DNA of 64,000 nucleotides from Takakia lepidozioides. Its lineage: Eukaryota; Plantae; Bryophyta. Of this stretch, positions 1-10,970 are shown piece after piece. Where the stretch lies: contig CM060731.1 of the NCBI GenBank assembly GCA_030704615.1, positions 53,692,001-53,756,000 on the forward strand. The letters run 5' to 3'. Position 1 is the first letter of the stretch. Each line of letters starts with the position of its first letter. The position numbers and the translations under genes were made by a program. Under the pieces are notes generated by a model that saw only the letters and a list, made by a program, of their open reading frames with translations, did no database searches and was not told where the DNA came from.

Positions 1-724
1 GGTGTAGCAACACCTTGAACAGATCACACTGAAACTAGAACTCGTAATATGTATGACTTCACTCTGAGTTTGCTGGATCAAAAGCTCTCAAGGAGCTTGA
101 AGAGCTCCAATGAAAGCTTGTCCTTCTGCCAACTGGTCTTGACTTCATATCAACATCATTGGATACATCATTCGAGCATCCCTTTCACTAGGGGGTGTGG
201 GTTCAAAACCACATAAATCTGTTGAGTGTCATCACCTTCCCATCCGAAGGTCAAGTGACACCATAAGTTACGCCTGCTTTGCCAAGAGTCCACATGTTTG
301 TATTCAACGGTGGTGGGGCAGCGAGAGTTGAGATCGTGCAGCAAAATCAAAGGCGCACATTAGAAAAGGCCCTGGAGTTTAATGCGAGCCCAAGGTCCTG
401 CCTGCGTGGCACCCCTCCTCGCCCCCAGCCGCGCCCCCAGTCTCCCGCGTGGCTCGCGGTCGCCGCGGCCCGGGACCCCCTCGCCCCGCCCTCGCCCCCA
501 GCCGTGACACATGAATCGCATGATTCATGTGTTGCAACCATCCCATGATGACGGACGGCCTCCCATAACATGAGGCCGCACATAGCCATTGCAGGCCGTA
601 GGTGATCGCAATCATCATGCTCGCATTCCAGCAGCTGGAGGATTCTTCAAGACGTGTTGTAGAGGTTTTGCAGTGAAGGCTGATATGGGGAAACAATCCA
701 GCATACGCGAAGCGCGTCGGACGT

Positions 725-1737
725 ACGTTGGATGGATCTCTGGGAGTGCACCCGTCGAAACTTTTATTACGCTGGATTCTTGCTTCTTCCAATGCTGTGG
801 TTTCTCAATTGCTTCTACTTCTGGCCTGTATTGCGACACCGAGAAGCGGAGCCTCTCATACGTCCTTGTATGGTTACTTTTCCCCTTGGTACTTGCTTAT
901 CGTCATTGCCCGTAGTGAGTCCTAGGTTTTGTGGGTCGTTCACTTTTTAGGGTCAGCGCTTGTGGCCCTTGTACTAACTTAGGTTAATTTCAAGTAGTAC
1001 TTTTCGAAGGCCTTGAAGAATTGTTCCTGGAATTGTTTGGTGATAGTTTCTAGCCAGGGTCGAGTTTTGGGAAGATGGCAGTCCGCTCTCGGACATCTGA
1101 CTCAATTCGTAGACGCACAGTGCCTTTCTAGAGCTGCTTGGGTGGTATGTGTGTCGAGGATAGTAGCTTCATGTCTTCATACTACTTTTCTTTTGGATTC
1201 TTTCATGCAGTTCAGAGAATTTCTCATCTTACATCATGCCGCAATCATGGCAGTCTGTGAGACCATATCTCGTTTTTCAACCTGCATTCAGTCGGATCCC
1301 CCACCGTCTGGTATTTTTCAATAAAACTGCCCACACCAGCAGTCCACACATAAGTGCGACTCCAATCTAGAGTTTATGATGTTGGTTGTATACTCAAATG
1401 TCTTTATGGAGTGCATGTAACCAGCATTGCAGACAGGCATGTGAAGGAGAGGTAGAGAGGAGGGACTGGGGGGGGTGGTACAGCTTGAAAGAAACTCTCG
1501 CTTTTCCTATTCAATGTTGTAGTTGACTCATGTGCCTGGGAAAGGTGAATAACAGCCACATCCGGTTTGGTGGAGAGTTGACTGGGAACAGATGTGGTGC
1601 AATTAGGGGTGGGATGCCTTCTCTTTAGTGCGGTCTTTCTCTCCTGGGCCCTTACATTTTTTTTGGGTGGTGAGCACCTATTTGGGTATGCTTGGAAGCA
1701 CATGGCTGTCTATGATGTGGCTGATAAATACGAAATG
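725..1737 (+). pseudogene. PEN2: Gamma-secretase subunit PEN-2 fragment captured in the Pack-MULE; 2 exons, frameshifted
   Basis: TLDGSLGV then a frame change to RRNFYYAGFLLLPMLWFLNCFYFWPVLRH..LIRP. GT-AG intron 868-1591. Then YVVQLGVGCLLFSAVFLSWALTFFLGGEHLFG..VYDVADK. This matches plant PEN-2, with a short deletion/frameshift near 750. Confidence 0.85.
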
Positions 1738-2684
1738 GTACTGTCCTTGTCCTCCCTGCAAATGTATTCTTCTGTGCATGGTGGGTGTTCTTATTCTCTT
1801 GATAGGCTCATACAATGGCAGATCCTCTCTGTTTTGTTGACTTCTTTTGAACCCCTGTTACTACCCACCTTGCAAATAGCAAGGCTCTTGGCTTCCTCAG
1901 AAACTGGGCCTAGTTATCAGCACATCGGATAATGAAGTGGTTGGATTGCATTCAAATTGCAGAACCACAAGGGTTGGATTGTTTTTCCATGTTGGCAGTG
2001 GTGCTACAAAGCCCTCCATTGGCAGGTCTTTCCAAAGTGGGTGCATAGTTTTTGTAATTTTCTCCGGATGGCTTGCAAGGTTGTGTGTGGTTTCCTTAGG
2101 AACTGGGCATGGTCATCAGCCCATCATACTTGGACTGTTACTCAAATTGTTTGCTCTCTGTTGTTGACTTGCTGGAGGCCTATTGATTCCATTTTCATTG
2201 CAAGTGTGAGGTAAGGAAGGGCGTTGGCACAGTTGGCTCGTAATGTTTACTTCATCCAGCTACTTGTTTCACTGTCAAAATTCATTCAATTTTTGGGAGC
2301 ACTGTCATGTGCCACAAATGTGCTCCAACCCCATCTGAGTGAATAGTTGTTTAAATTGCGGTTTAGCAATTGTTTTTATCTGTGGGGCCAAAGCCGATTG
2401 TTGAAAGATGGTGTCAAGAGTGTTTCGTTTCTGTCATTGATAGGATCTGCATTACCTTGTATTGTTGTCTGTAAGCATAGGGAGTGCTGAATAGAGTTGT
2501 CTACATGTATGTGTTGAATTGAGCTTGTATGCTCAAATTCTTTCTGGTTCAGGTTCGAAGCCATGGTTCACTTGGAAGCAACGAATCACCGGTGGAATAG
2601 CTGAATTAGGAACAGGGGTAGAGTGTGAGTTCGGATTCATCCAAGGGAGTCCGATTTCAAGCACAGGTTTATCTAGGATTCCAG

Positions 2685-3511
2685 CCTGCAGCCCTGGCGA
2701 AGAGCGCAGAGATCCATGGTGACATCATCGAAGCTGGAATTGTGTACTAGTATTTTGACCACTGCCCTGCTGGACAACTATGCCAAATGAGAGTTGGCAG
2801 CGCTGGAGAAGGGGAATGAGGTCTGTGGTAACATCGGCAAAGCTGGAATTATACCATATGACATTCTAAACAGTGCCCTGCCAGACATGTAAGCCGAATG
2901 CACGCCGGCAGCCCTGGAGAAGGGGGGAAGAGGTTTATGGGGACATCGTTGAAGCTGGAATTGTGGAAGATGTCATTCTGAACACTGCCCTGCTGGACAA
3001 GTGTGTCAAATGGGAGCCAGCAGCCCTGGAGAAGAGGAAAGAGGTCCGTGGTGACATCGCCGAAGTTGGAATTGTGCCAGATGTCATTCTAAACACCACC
3101 CTGTTGGACATGTATGCAAAATGGGAGTTGGCAGTCCTGGAGAAGGGGGAAAGAGGTCCATGGGAGCATCATGAAGGCTGGAATTGTGCAAGATGTCATT
3201 ATAAACACTGCCTTGATGGACATGTATGCTGAATGTGAGGCGGCAGTCCTGGAGAAGGGGAAAGAGGTCCATGGTGACATCGGCAAAGTTGGAATTGTGC
3301 CAAATGTCATTCTGAACACCAACCTGCTGAACAAGTATGCCAAATGGGAGTCGGCAGCCCTGGAGAAGGGAAAAGAGGTCCGTGGTGACCTTGTCAAAGC
3401 TGGAATTATACCAGATGTCATCTTGTACGCTGCCCTGGTAGACATGTATGCCAAATGCAAGCCGGCAGCCCTAGAGAAGGGGGGAAGAGGTCCATGGGAC
3501 ATTGTCAAAGC
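2685..3511 (+). repeat. Tandem array of about eight 111-bp PPR-derived units (37 aa), partly disrupted
   Basis: The GAGGTC/GAGATC anchor recurs near 2709, 2818, 2930, 3041, 3153, 3264, 3375 and 3487. The unit translates as KEVHGDIxKAGIVPDVILNTALLDMYAKWExAALEKG. Confidence 0.85.
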
Positions 3512-6500
3512 TAATTTGCGTATAATTTTCTGTACCGTCCGGATTATAAAGAGGTGGTTCATGCAGGTAGTTCTGGTTGCAGCAGGGGTACTTGGCTTTG
3601 GAGCTGTCTTGTGGCGTTATTCTGCAAGGACCTGAATTCTTGCCATGGGCTTGTAATGTCTCAAGTAGTTTACATGCCAGGATATTTATCTAATCAGATT
3701 CATACATCAATTTTGGTTGCCTCGTCTTCTGAAACTGGGGGAATTATATGATAGAGTGGCGACTGCAAAAATGCCACACCATTTGTAGGATTCCACACCA
3801 AAATAAAACTGTCCGAAGAGGTTATCTGTTTCTTTTGCTGCTCGCAATGTGACCACTCAGATATGTTTTGGTTCAGAGTGGGCACATGCAAAGCTATTTT
3901 CCTTCTCTGTCTGTCCTCCATTTGTCTCTCTGCCATGATGTGTTCCATACCAACTGGAGGTGCAATCCATGGCAAGTAATCTCTGATATGAAGGGTCCTC
4001 TTTTTATAAGTAGGCTTAGCATTGGGTTCATGTTGACAGACAACATACATGCCTCTGGGTCTGGCCACTTGTTGTATTCCCAGAATTTCTCAGGGGCAAG
4101 TGGTATTTCGACCATATGTGAGCAGGTCAAAGGCATTAGACAAAAGACTAGCACCTAGAGCCATTGTGCAAAAGCTGGCTTTCTTCCCAACAAAACTTCA
4201 AAAGTTTCCACATCATCAGTGTGAATAATTTTTTGTTTGACCTGCAGATGTAAGGACACAAGGATTCTAGTCTAGCAAATATCTAAAGCAAACATCCGAA
4301 ACTGGGGTAGAAAACCCCTTGTGCACAATTCCTTCCTGCAGATATATGAACATTGTTGCATCTGTCATGGGGATTTGGTCTAGAGTCTTCAAAAGAAAGG
4401 GCTGCAGAACGTGTTAAACAAAGTAACATACATAAATTCGTATTGTTGGGCCTAGTTTATGCCAAAGTCGCTAGGCTGCATATCTTGCAAAATGCCCCAT
4501 CAACTTGCCAGTGCCCCAGAAGGTGTTACACAAAGTAACCTACAACTATTGAAATTGCTATAGCCTATTTTCCTACCAAAGTCACTAGCCTGCATATGTT
4601 GCAAACTGCCCATACCCTGGCCAACAGCCTCACTGTGGGAAGGTTGAGCCCCATGATGTCTTGTATCTGTATTCATACGTCCATGATAATGCCTTAGACT
4701 TCAGATTTCAACCATTTTCAATCACAATGTATGAATGTCAGTGAGATTGAAATGTCATATAAGATAATAACAAGCATTGTACATGCCAGAATCAACCGTA
4801 TATGTACATGTGCCGGAACTCTGAAGTTACAAAAACATTAAACATATAGCACCTCATACATACAGGTTTCGTCTATTTTTTGTGTTGTCAGAGTCTTCAA
4901 GCCAGCAGCTGTCATATTCTTTGCTGTAGATAGCCTCTCAGCCACTGGTTTAATATGTTTTTATGTTTCTTTGCAGGAGATTCTCTGTTGTGGCCACGCG
5001 CAGTCATGCTTTTTAGAAAGTGCTGCTGGAGATAATGCATCATCCTCAACAATGGAGGCATCAACCACACCTGCTGGGATCAGTGTGCCCATTGTACCAC
5101 CAATATCACCATGAAAATTTGAGGGGCTAGGCTCTGAAGTTTCAAAATCTTCCAAAGAGTCCTCATCCATGTTCAACTGTTTTTTGGACAAATTGTGGAA
5201 CTCTTTGCATGGAGGTTTGATGTGGCCAGCCTGTGGCTTAGACAGTCTGCATAGGTGCACATATGGGGTTGACATCCTCTGCAAGTGAATAATATTGACA
5301 TTTCAAAAACCTAGAGATGTCACCTCTTGGACCTGTCGATTTGCTTTCTTTGTAGTGGTCATGTGTATACTGCCAACAGACAGGCTGATTGCTGTGGACC
5401 TTGTAGCTCCAGCAGGGGTGAAATGCCCATCTACTGCCTGAAAACGAAATGGATGTATTTGTTGGACCTGCCCCCAAACCCACATACAAAGATGCTCGAA
5501 ATGAGACAGAGCTTTATCAATGATGCCTACAACAACAAACTACATTCCGTTACTATTACACCAAGGGGACTCAGGCACTCAGGCATTCATGGAAATTACT
5601 GAATAGTCTTTGTAATACATGATCGGCAGACCTATGTACCTTGTTATAGTCAAAGCACTGTTGGTGCGAGGAGCTAAGAGAGATCCCTCCGGACAGCCTC
5701 TTTGTTTGATGCATGTGGAAAGTGCATGGGCCATCTGCATGGGAGGACTCCCCAGTAATGAAATCAGGGCTGAGTTTTACCACGAGGTTTGCCGGTTCAT
5801 TGGAAACGCCACTGCAGTACATGATGGTTGAAAGCACCTGCATTAGGCATTTGCACTTGGTTTCGAAAGCAGCAAAACGAGATGGGACACAACTTCTTCA
5901 GATTTCTCGCCAACATAGAGAGAGAAGACTCCGGCCGAAGCCGGCGTAACTAAGAGCCATTTGCCATTTCACCTTTCGGCTACTGCATGTCGATATACAA
6001 ATCACAGAGGAGGTCCGGCTGATAGAGCCTGCACGTATGCTTTCCCGGTCAGAACAGTTTTAGACGCCGATGAAATGAAGGTGACGATTGGAGGTCGCCT
6101 ATCATTCTAAATACTTCCTAGTCTCATCCATCCATACCTAGACACATCCATCCTAAATCCTAGAAATAGACCTCACAGGATTGTTCTGAACAGTCGTGTC
6201 CATAAAATAATACTAGATTTCAAATTTCAACATGTGTAGCCATGTGTAACCATGCATGTGTTGGCTTCACTCTTCACTCCCACTATGGTCATCATGTTAG
6301 GATCATCACCAGATGTGACATCTGCTGTAGTTTGACATGAATCGATGACGGCTGGCGGGCGGGGGTGGCGGGGGAGGACGTGGGGGACGGCAACCGCAAA
6401 CCGCGCAGGAGCCGGCGAAGTGGGTGCGTCTGGGGGCGTGGGGGGTGCCACGCAGGCAGGACCCTTGGGCCCGCATTAAACTCGAGGGTCTCTTCTAATG

Positions 6501-7570
6501 TGCGCCAAAATCAAAGGTAGAAGGAATCTGACATGGGGTGTCCCGCCGGCTACGTAGCCGCACGCACAGACTCTCATCTTCTTCTCTCGCGCTCCCCGTC
6601 CATTCACTCTATCGCGATGCCGCAACCCAAGAGAAGCGTTCGGGTAAAAACAAGTGTTGGGGTAAGGGGGCTTCTGCCTCCTCTTCACATCGATAGGAAG
6701 ACAAACTCCCCTCTCTACATGTAAGTCACAGCGCTCTGCGGTGCTCTATTTTACACGGACTTGATGCCATTCATACCAGTTTGCTTTCAGGATCTAGTGT
6801 CAGTGGATAATCGATCATTGTGGAGGGGTTACGTTACAGCCATGGGGAGGTTTGTTATCTGGTGCAATGAGCAGTAGTAGCTTACATCTGTAACATGCAG
6901 ACCCATGGCCATTACCTTATTCAGCATTTAGCCAGGTAGTGAAGAAGGCGGATTAGTGGGTCAGAAATTGACATCTATAGGCTGCACTCTCAAGACACAA
7001 TTTGAGTATGTCTTCTATTTCATTACCACTTCTGTTTCTTGCATGTCAGGCTAGGAGAATAATCTGAGCCTCTAATGACATCATTTGATTTTGGAGCAAG
7101 GAAGGCGTGTGGCTTGGAATATGAGCATAGTTACTCGTTCTATAATTATGCTGGTGTGCCAGTATCTATTCAGGATTGCCTCTCTCGTTGAAGCTCTCTC
7201 GAGGAGTTGTGATATGTAATTCTCTGTAAACTACAGTCTAGACTGCAGAGAATCTCAGCTGGGGTGGTCACCAGCCCAAAGGCACGGACAGTTTGTCTAG
7301 TAAACAATTGGATTGAGAGTTTTCAAACTCATGGTGGAATAGCAGAATAAGAGGCTCCATGATTGAACTTTGCACAATCTATGTGTTGCTAACTTTCTGT
7401 ACTGTGTACCATTTTCTCAGTGCAGATTGACAGCACAGACAGCCCTCCCGTTGCTGAAAGACGAGTTCAATTTGCTGTAGCAGTAATTCAGTGCGAAGTT
7501 TGGACACATAAGAGCCTCAACGTCAAACACAATTTGAAGCACCTTCCCATTCAAGGAGGGCTGATTTAAT

Positions 7571-8221
7571 ATGGCTGATCTTGAGCAAACTATCAAAGCC
7601 CGACATTCGACGCGCAAATTCCTGTCTAAGCCGGTGCCGCGAACTTTGCTCGACGAAGCTCTGGCGTTGGCGCAATTGGCACCGTCAAATTCAAACATCC
7701 AGCCATGGTTTGTCGCGATTGCGGCAGGAGTCCGACGCGATCGACTTAAAGAGGCGTTACTGAAGGAAGCCAAGCAAGTGCCGCCCATCGTCCCTCCGCT
7801 ACCGGAGATGTTCAAGCACTATCGACAGGAACTGGGAGCAGAAGTGTACGGAACAATGGGGATAGCTCGGGAGGACAAAGCGAGCAGAGCAGTGGCGGTG
7901 CTGCGGAATTACGAATTCTTTGGAGCACCCGTGGTGGCGATCATCTGCGTACACAAAGATCTGGGGCTTGCGGATTCTATGAGTGTGGGGATGTATGCGC
8001 AAACCCTGATTCTGGCCCTCACCGCTCGCGGCCTTGGCACCTGCTGTCAGGTGTCGCTCGCGGCCTACCCTGATATTCTGCGCACCGAGCTGAACATTCC
8101 GCCCGAGTTATCCATCATTTGTGGCATTGCGATTGGCTACACCGACCCTGACTTTCCTGGTAATCATCTGCATGTAGCTCGTGCGCCTGTGTCCGACAAT
8201 GTCGTCTTTCTCGACTCTTAA
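7571..8221 (+). CDS. Nitroreductase family flavoprotein (NfnB/PnbA-like), intronless CDS
   Basis: 216-aa ORF with RHSTRKF (R.S.R FMN motif), APSNSNIQPW, FFGAPV, ALTARGLGTC and GIAIGY. Confidence 0.9.
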   Translation: MADLEQTIKARHSTRKFLSKPVPRTLLDEALALAQLAPSNSNIQPWFVAIAAGVRRDRLKEALLKEAKQVPPIVPPLPEMFKHYRQELGAEVYGTMGIAREDKASRAVAVLRNYEFFGAPVVAIICVHKDLGLADSMSVGMYAQTLILALTARGLGTCCQVSLAAYPDILRTELNIPPELSIICGIAIGYTDPDFPGNHLHVARAPVSDNVVFLDS

Positions 8222-9134
8222 AACCCCCTCTTTCAGCCTTCCATTATTGTGTTTCTAGTAAGACAAATCATGAAAGCTGCATAGACTTCATTGTTGTGGA
8301 CTTGACAGTGACAAGTAAAAGCTGGAGATTGTGGGTACGTTGGGTTTGCTTCTAAGTGAGAACTTGATGTGTATACTTGCATGGTTGATAGCTGTCTGAA
8401 ATATGTACTCAGCAATGCAAGGTCAGGACCTTAGTGGCCAGCACACCGCCCAACTAGAAGAGCTGAGGTGTATAGATGTGCTCAAATCAAGGTCGGTAAT
8501 ACCACCAGACAATGTCCCTAGCCTTGAGAATTGCTGACATAAAGGGGTAATAGTGCTTTAGAAAGGTTGCACTGCTTTCTAGGCAGTGAGTGTGAGCACT
8601 GAGTAGTTCCTTTTCACATTTATAGTAAAAAAGGACAGAAGCCTGTTAATCAAATTGAAATGAAGCAAGAGTAGTCGAGGTTATTGAAGGCGAAACGCAA
8701 GGGTTAGGTACCATTCAGCAAGTGCTACGAAAAGCAAGAGTGAGGAAGCCCCTTGCACACTCTCGCACAGCAGCCTCTCACACTTTTAGGTACCTTGCTA
8801 AGACTACCAGCTATCAAATATGTGGGTATGATTCGAACCCATCCACTGCCCCAAATGGCAGCCCACACATGAACACAATGAGGGAGATCCTTTTGTGCAC
8901 CCCCATTTGGCAAGGGGACTACCACTTACCTAACTCATCACATGACTGTTACCAACCTAAATCCTAACAAGACTACAGAGCTCACTGGTTCTACAAGGCA
9001 ATAGCTCCTCGAATGCTACAAATTCATAAGCTATACTGCAAATTTGCAATGCTACAGGCAACATTGTCAAATGTTCTCTCTTAAAACTGTCTATAGACTG
9101 ATTATGTCATTATTCCCAGTGACATTGCTTACTA

Positions 9135-9400
9135 TACACAATGACATCTGGTGCAATTCCAGCTTTGACCATGTCACCATGGACCTCTTTGCCCTTTCCA
9201 GGGCTGCCAGGCTCACATACTCATTGCAACCATAAACAAATGTGATATGGTAGGCTTCAACCCTTTCCCCATCATTTGCTCAAAGGTCTCCAAAGTCTCC
9301 AGCCCACACCTATGCTGCGCATATCCTGCAATCACTGCGTTCCACCACACCACCTGTCGTTTGGTCTTATGGATCGCATTTTGAGAAAGCCACACCTTGT
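9135..9400 (-). pseudogene. PLS-PPR gene fragment
   Basis: Minus strand reads VVWWNAVIAGYAQHRCGLETLETFEQMMGKGLKP, then a degenerate SLAALERAKRSM/AGIAPDVI. Closely similar to units of the neighbouring PPR gene. Confidence 0.75.
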
Positions 9401-9929
9401 GATTGCGGTTGTCCGACCATTGTGAAGGATCTTTAAAAAATTCACGCAAGCTCTGCTTCATGCTCCACACTAGACCTTTGTGCCCGGAAATCCAACAGCA
9501 TCAAGATATGGACAAGGTCGTTGATGGAGCAGTGCTAGTGAGCTTCCAACAACATTCATGCAGGACTATACGCAATGAAGAACATACGAAAAATATATTC
9601 AATTTCGTATGTATACGTATAATTTCGTACATATCTATATACAATGTGGTTCGGCTGATTGGTTCGATTGGCTCGGTTCTGGCTCGGCGAGTAGGTTTGG
9701 GCGGTCGTCTTCTTCGCGAGGGGAACGTCTTGCATACCCACGAAGCACGAAAATGGCGAGTTACAGGAGTCGCAGCAGGGATGTGGTGCTTGCGGTGAGT
9801 GCGAGAGTGGGAGAGACAGAGAGAAGCTTTTGTGCGGACGTTATAAAGTTCCATTTCGTTTCATTTCATTTCTTTCTTTCTGTCTGTCTCTCAGCATCTT
9901 TCTATTTTCCTCCTTTGATCCGGTACTGG

Positions 9930-10456
9930 TTGGGGGAAGAGGTTAAGCACCGCAAAGACAAGATGCTGAAATGGCAGGGAAAATCAGAAGAAAGTATACG
10001 AGTGTTGGAACGTCGAGCAAGGGCTGCCACTCCGGAAAGGGTGAAGATCGGCAGAAGGGTGAATATTGTTTGCTCAGAGTGGCTGGTAGCTCAGCTCGAG
10101 GCTTTGCGGCTTACATGCATGTATGTGAATTTGGTGATTGCATGAAGGCTGTTACCCCCTTACAACTTGAGTATTCATCTGGGTAGAGCTGCTTCCATTG
10201 CCTCGGGGGACAGAGACCAACTGTAGCAGCTATCAATGCAAAGCCAGCACCGCGGGCCATGTCAGTTCCACCCTTACAAGCAGAGAAGAAGGTGGTGCGA
10301 CGGCAGCAGTCTGCAACTCCTAGTGCAGGGATAGAGCATAGTGGGAGAGATAGAGGTAGTTGACCAGTGACGGTCAATGGTGTGATCCAAAGCTGGTGGA
10401 TACAATTGAGAAGGAGATTGTGGACGGAAGTCCGGCAGTCAAGTGGGATGACATTG
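9930..10456 (+). pseudogene. Fragments of a plant spastin-like MIT-AAA ATPase
   Basis: KDKMLKWQGKSEESIRVLERR (~9953-10018, like the end of the plant spastin MIT region) and DPKLVDTIEKEIVDGSPAVKWDDI (~10384-10455, the pre-AAA motif). Stops lie between them and no AAA core follows. Confidence 0.55.
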
Positions 10457-10970
10457 GTACATGACCTCACTCTTCACACTCGTCTGAATGTCTTAGTCAC
10501 AGCATGCCACCACTGAAGAACTTACTGAGGTGATGTTGTTGCACCAGCAGCCTGGCAAAGAAAGCATTGCTAGAAATGGTGATTCTTCCCTCAATCCGAA
10601 GTGACATCTTTCAAGGTCTTCGCAAGCCTGCTCGAGTATTATGATCAGCTGTGCTTGGTGATTTGGATTCATGCACATTTGTGTGCCTCCACATAAGGGG
10701 CAACCAGGGTAAGTCTCTAGAATCCCTTCAACTGGGGGTGCTCAAGGACTGCATGTCAGCATGCTCCATAACAGCTATTGTGGCTGTTCATCCCTCCCTT
10801 GGTTAATCAAGGGACCTCTATCGGGACCAGTTCAGTGGGGAAGCTATAGAGAATCACAACCATCTTTTTATTGTAAGCAGATCTGACCTAACTAGGCTGA
10901 GAACAGCTTCGAACCTACAAACTGGAAGGCAGCAGGGTCGCAGAAGTTCGAAGTTCGAGCGGGAGCAGCC

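Larger units (their letters stand above)
352..6506. mobile_element. Pack-MULE (non-autonomous Mutator-like element carrying host gene fragments)
   Basis: Imperfect TIRs of ~170 bp: GGCGCACATTAGAAAAGGCCCTGGAGTTTAATGCGAGCCCAAGG at 352 matches the reverse complement ending ...TCTAATGTGCGCC at 6506. Perfect 9-bp TSD AAAATCAAA at 343-351 and 6507-6515. No transposase inside. Confidence 0.9.

Noticed and set aside
4900-5850. Naming the minus-strand coding-like segments in the Pack-MULE
   Set aside because: They look exon-like but I cannot assign a family; BLASTX is needed.
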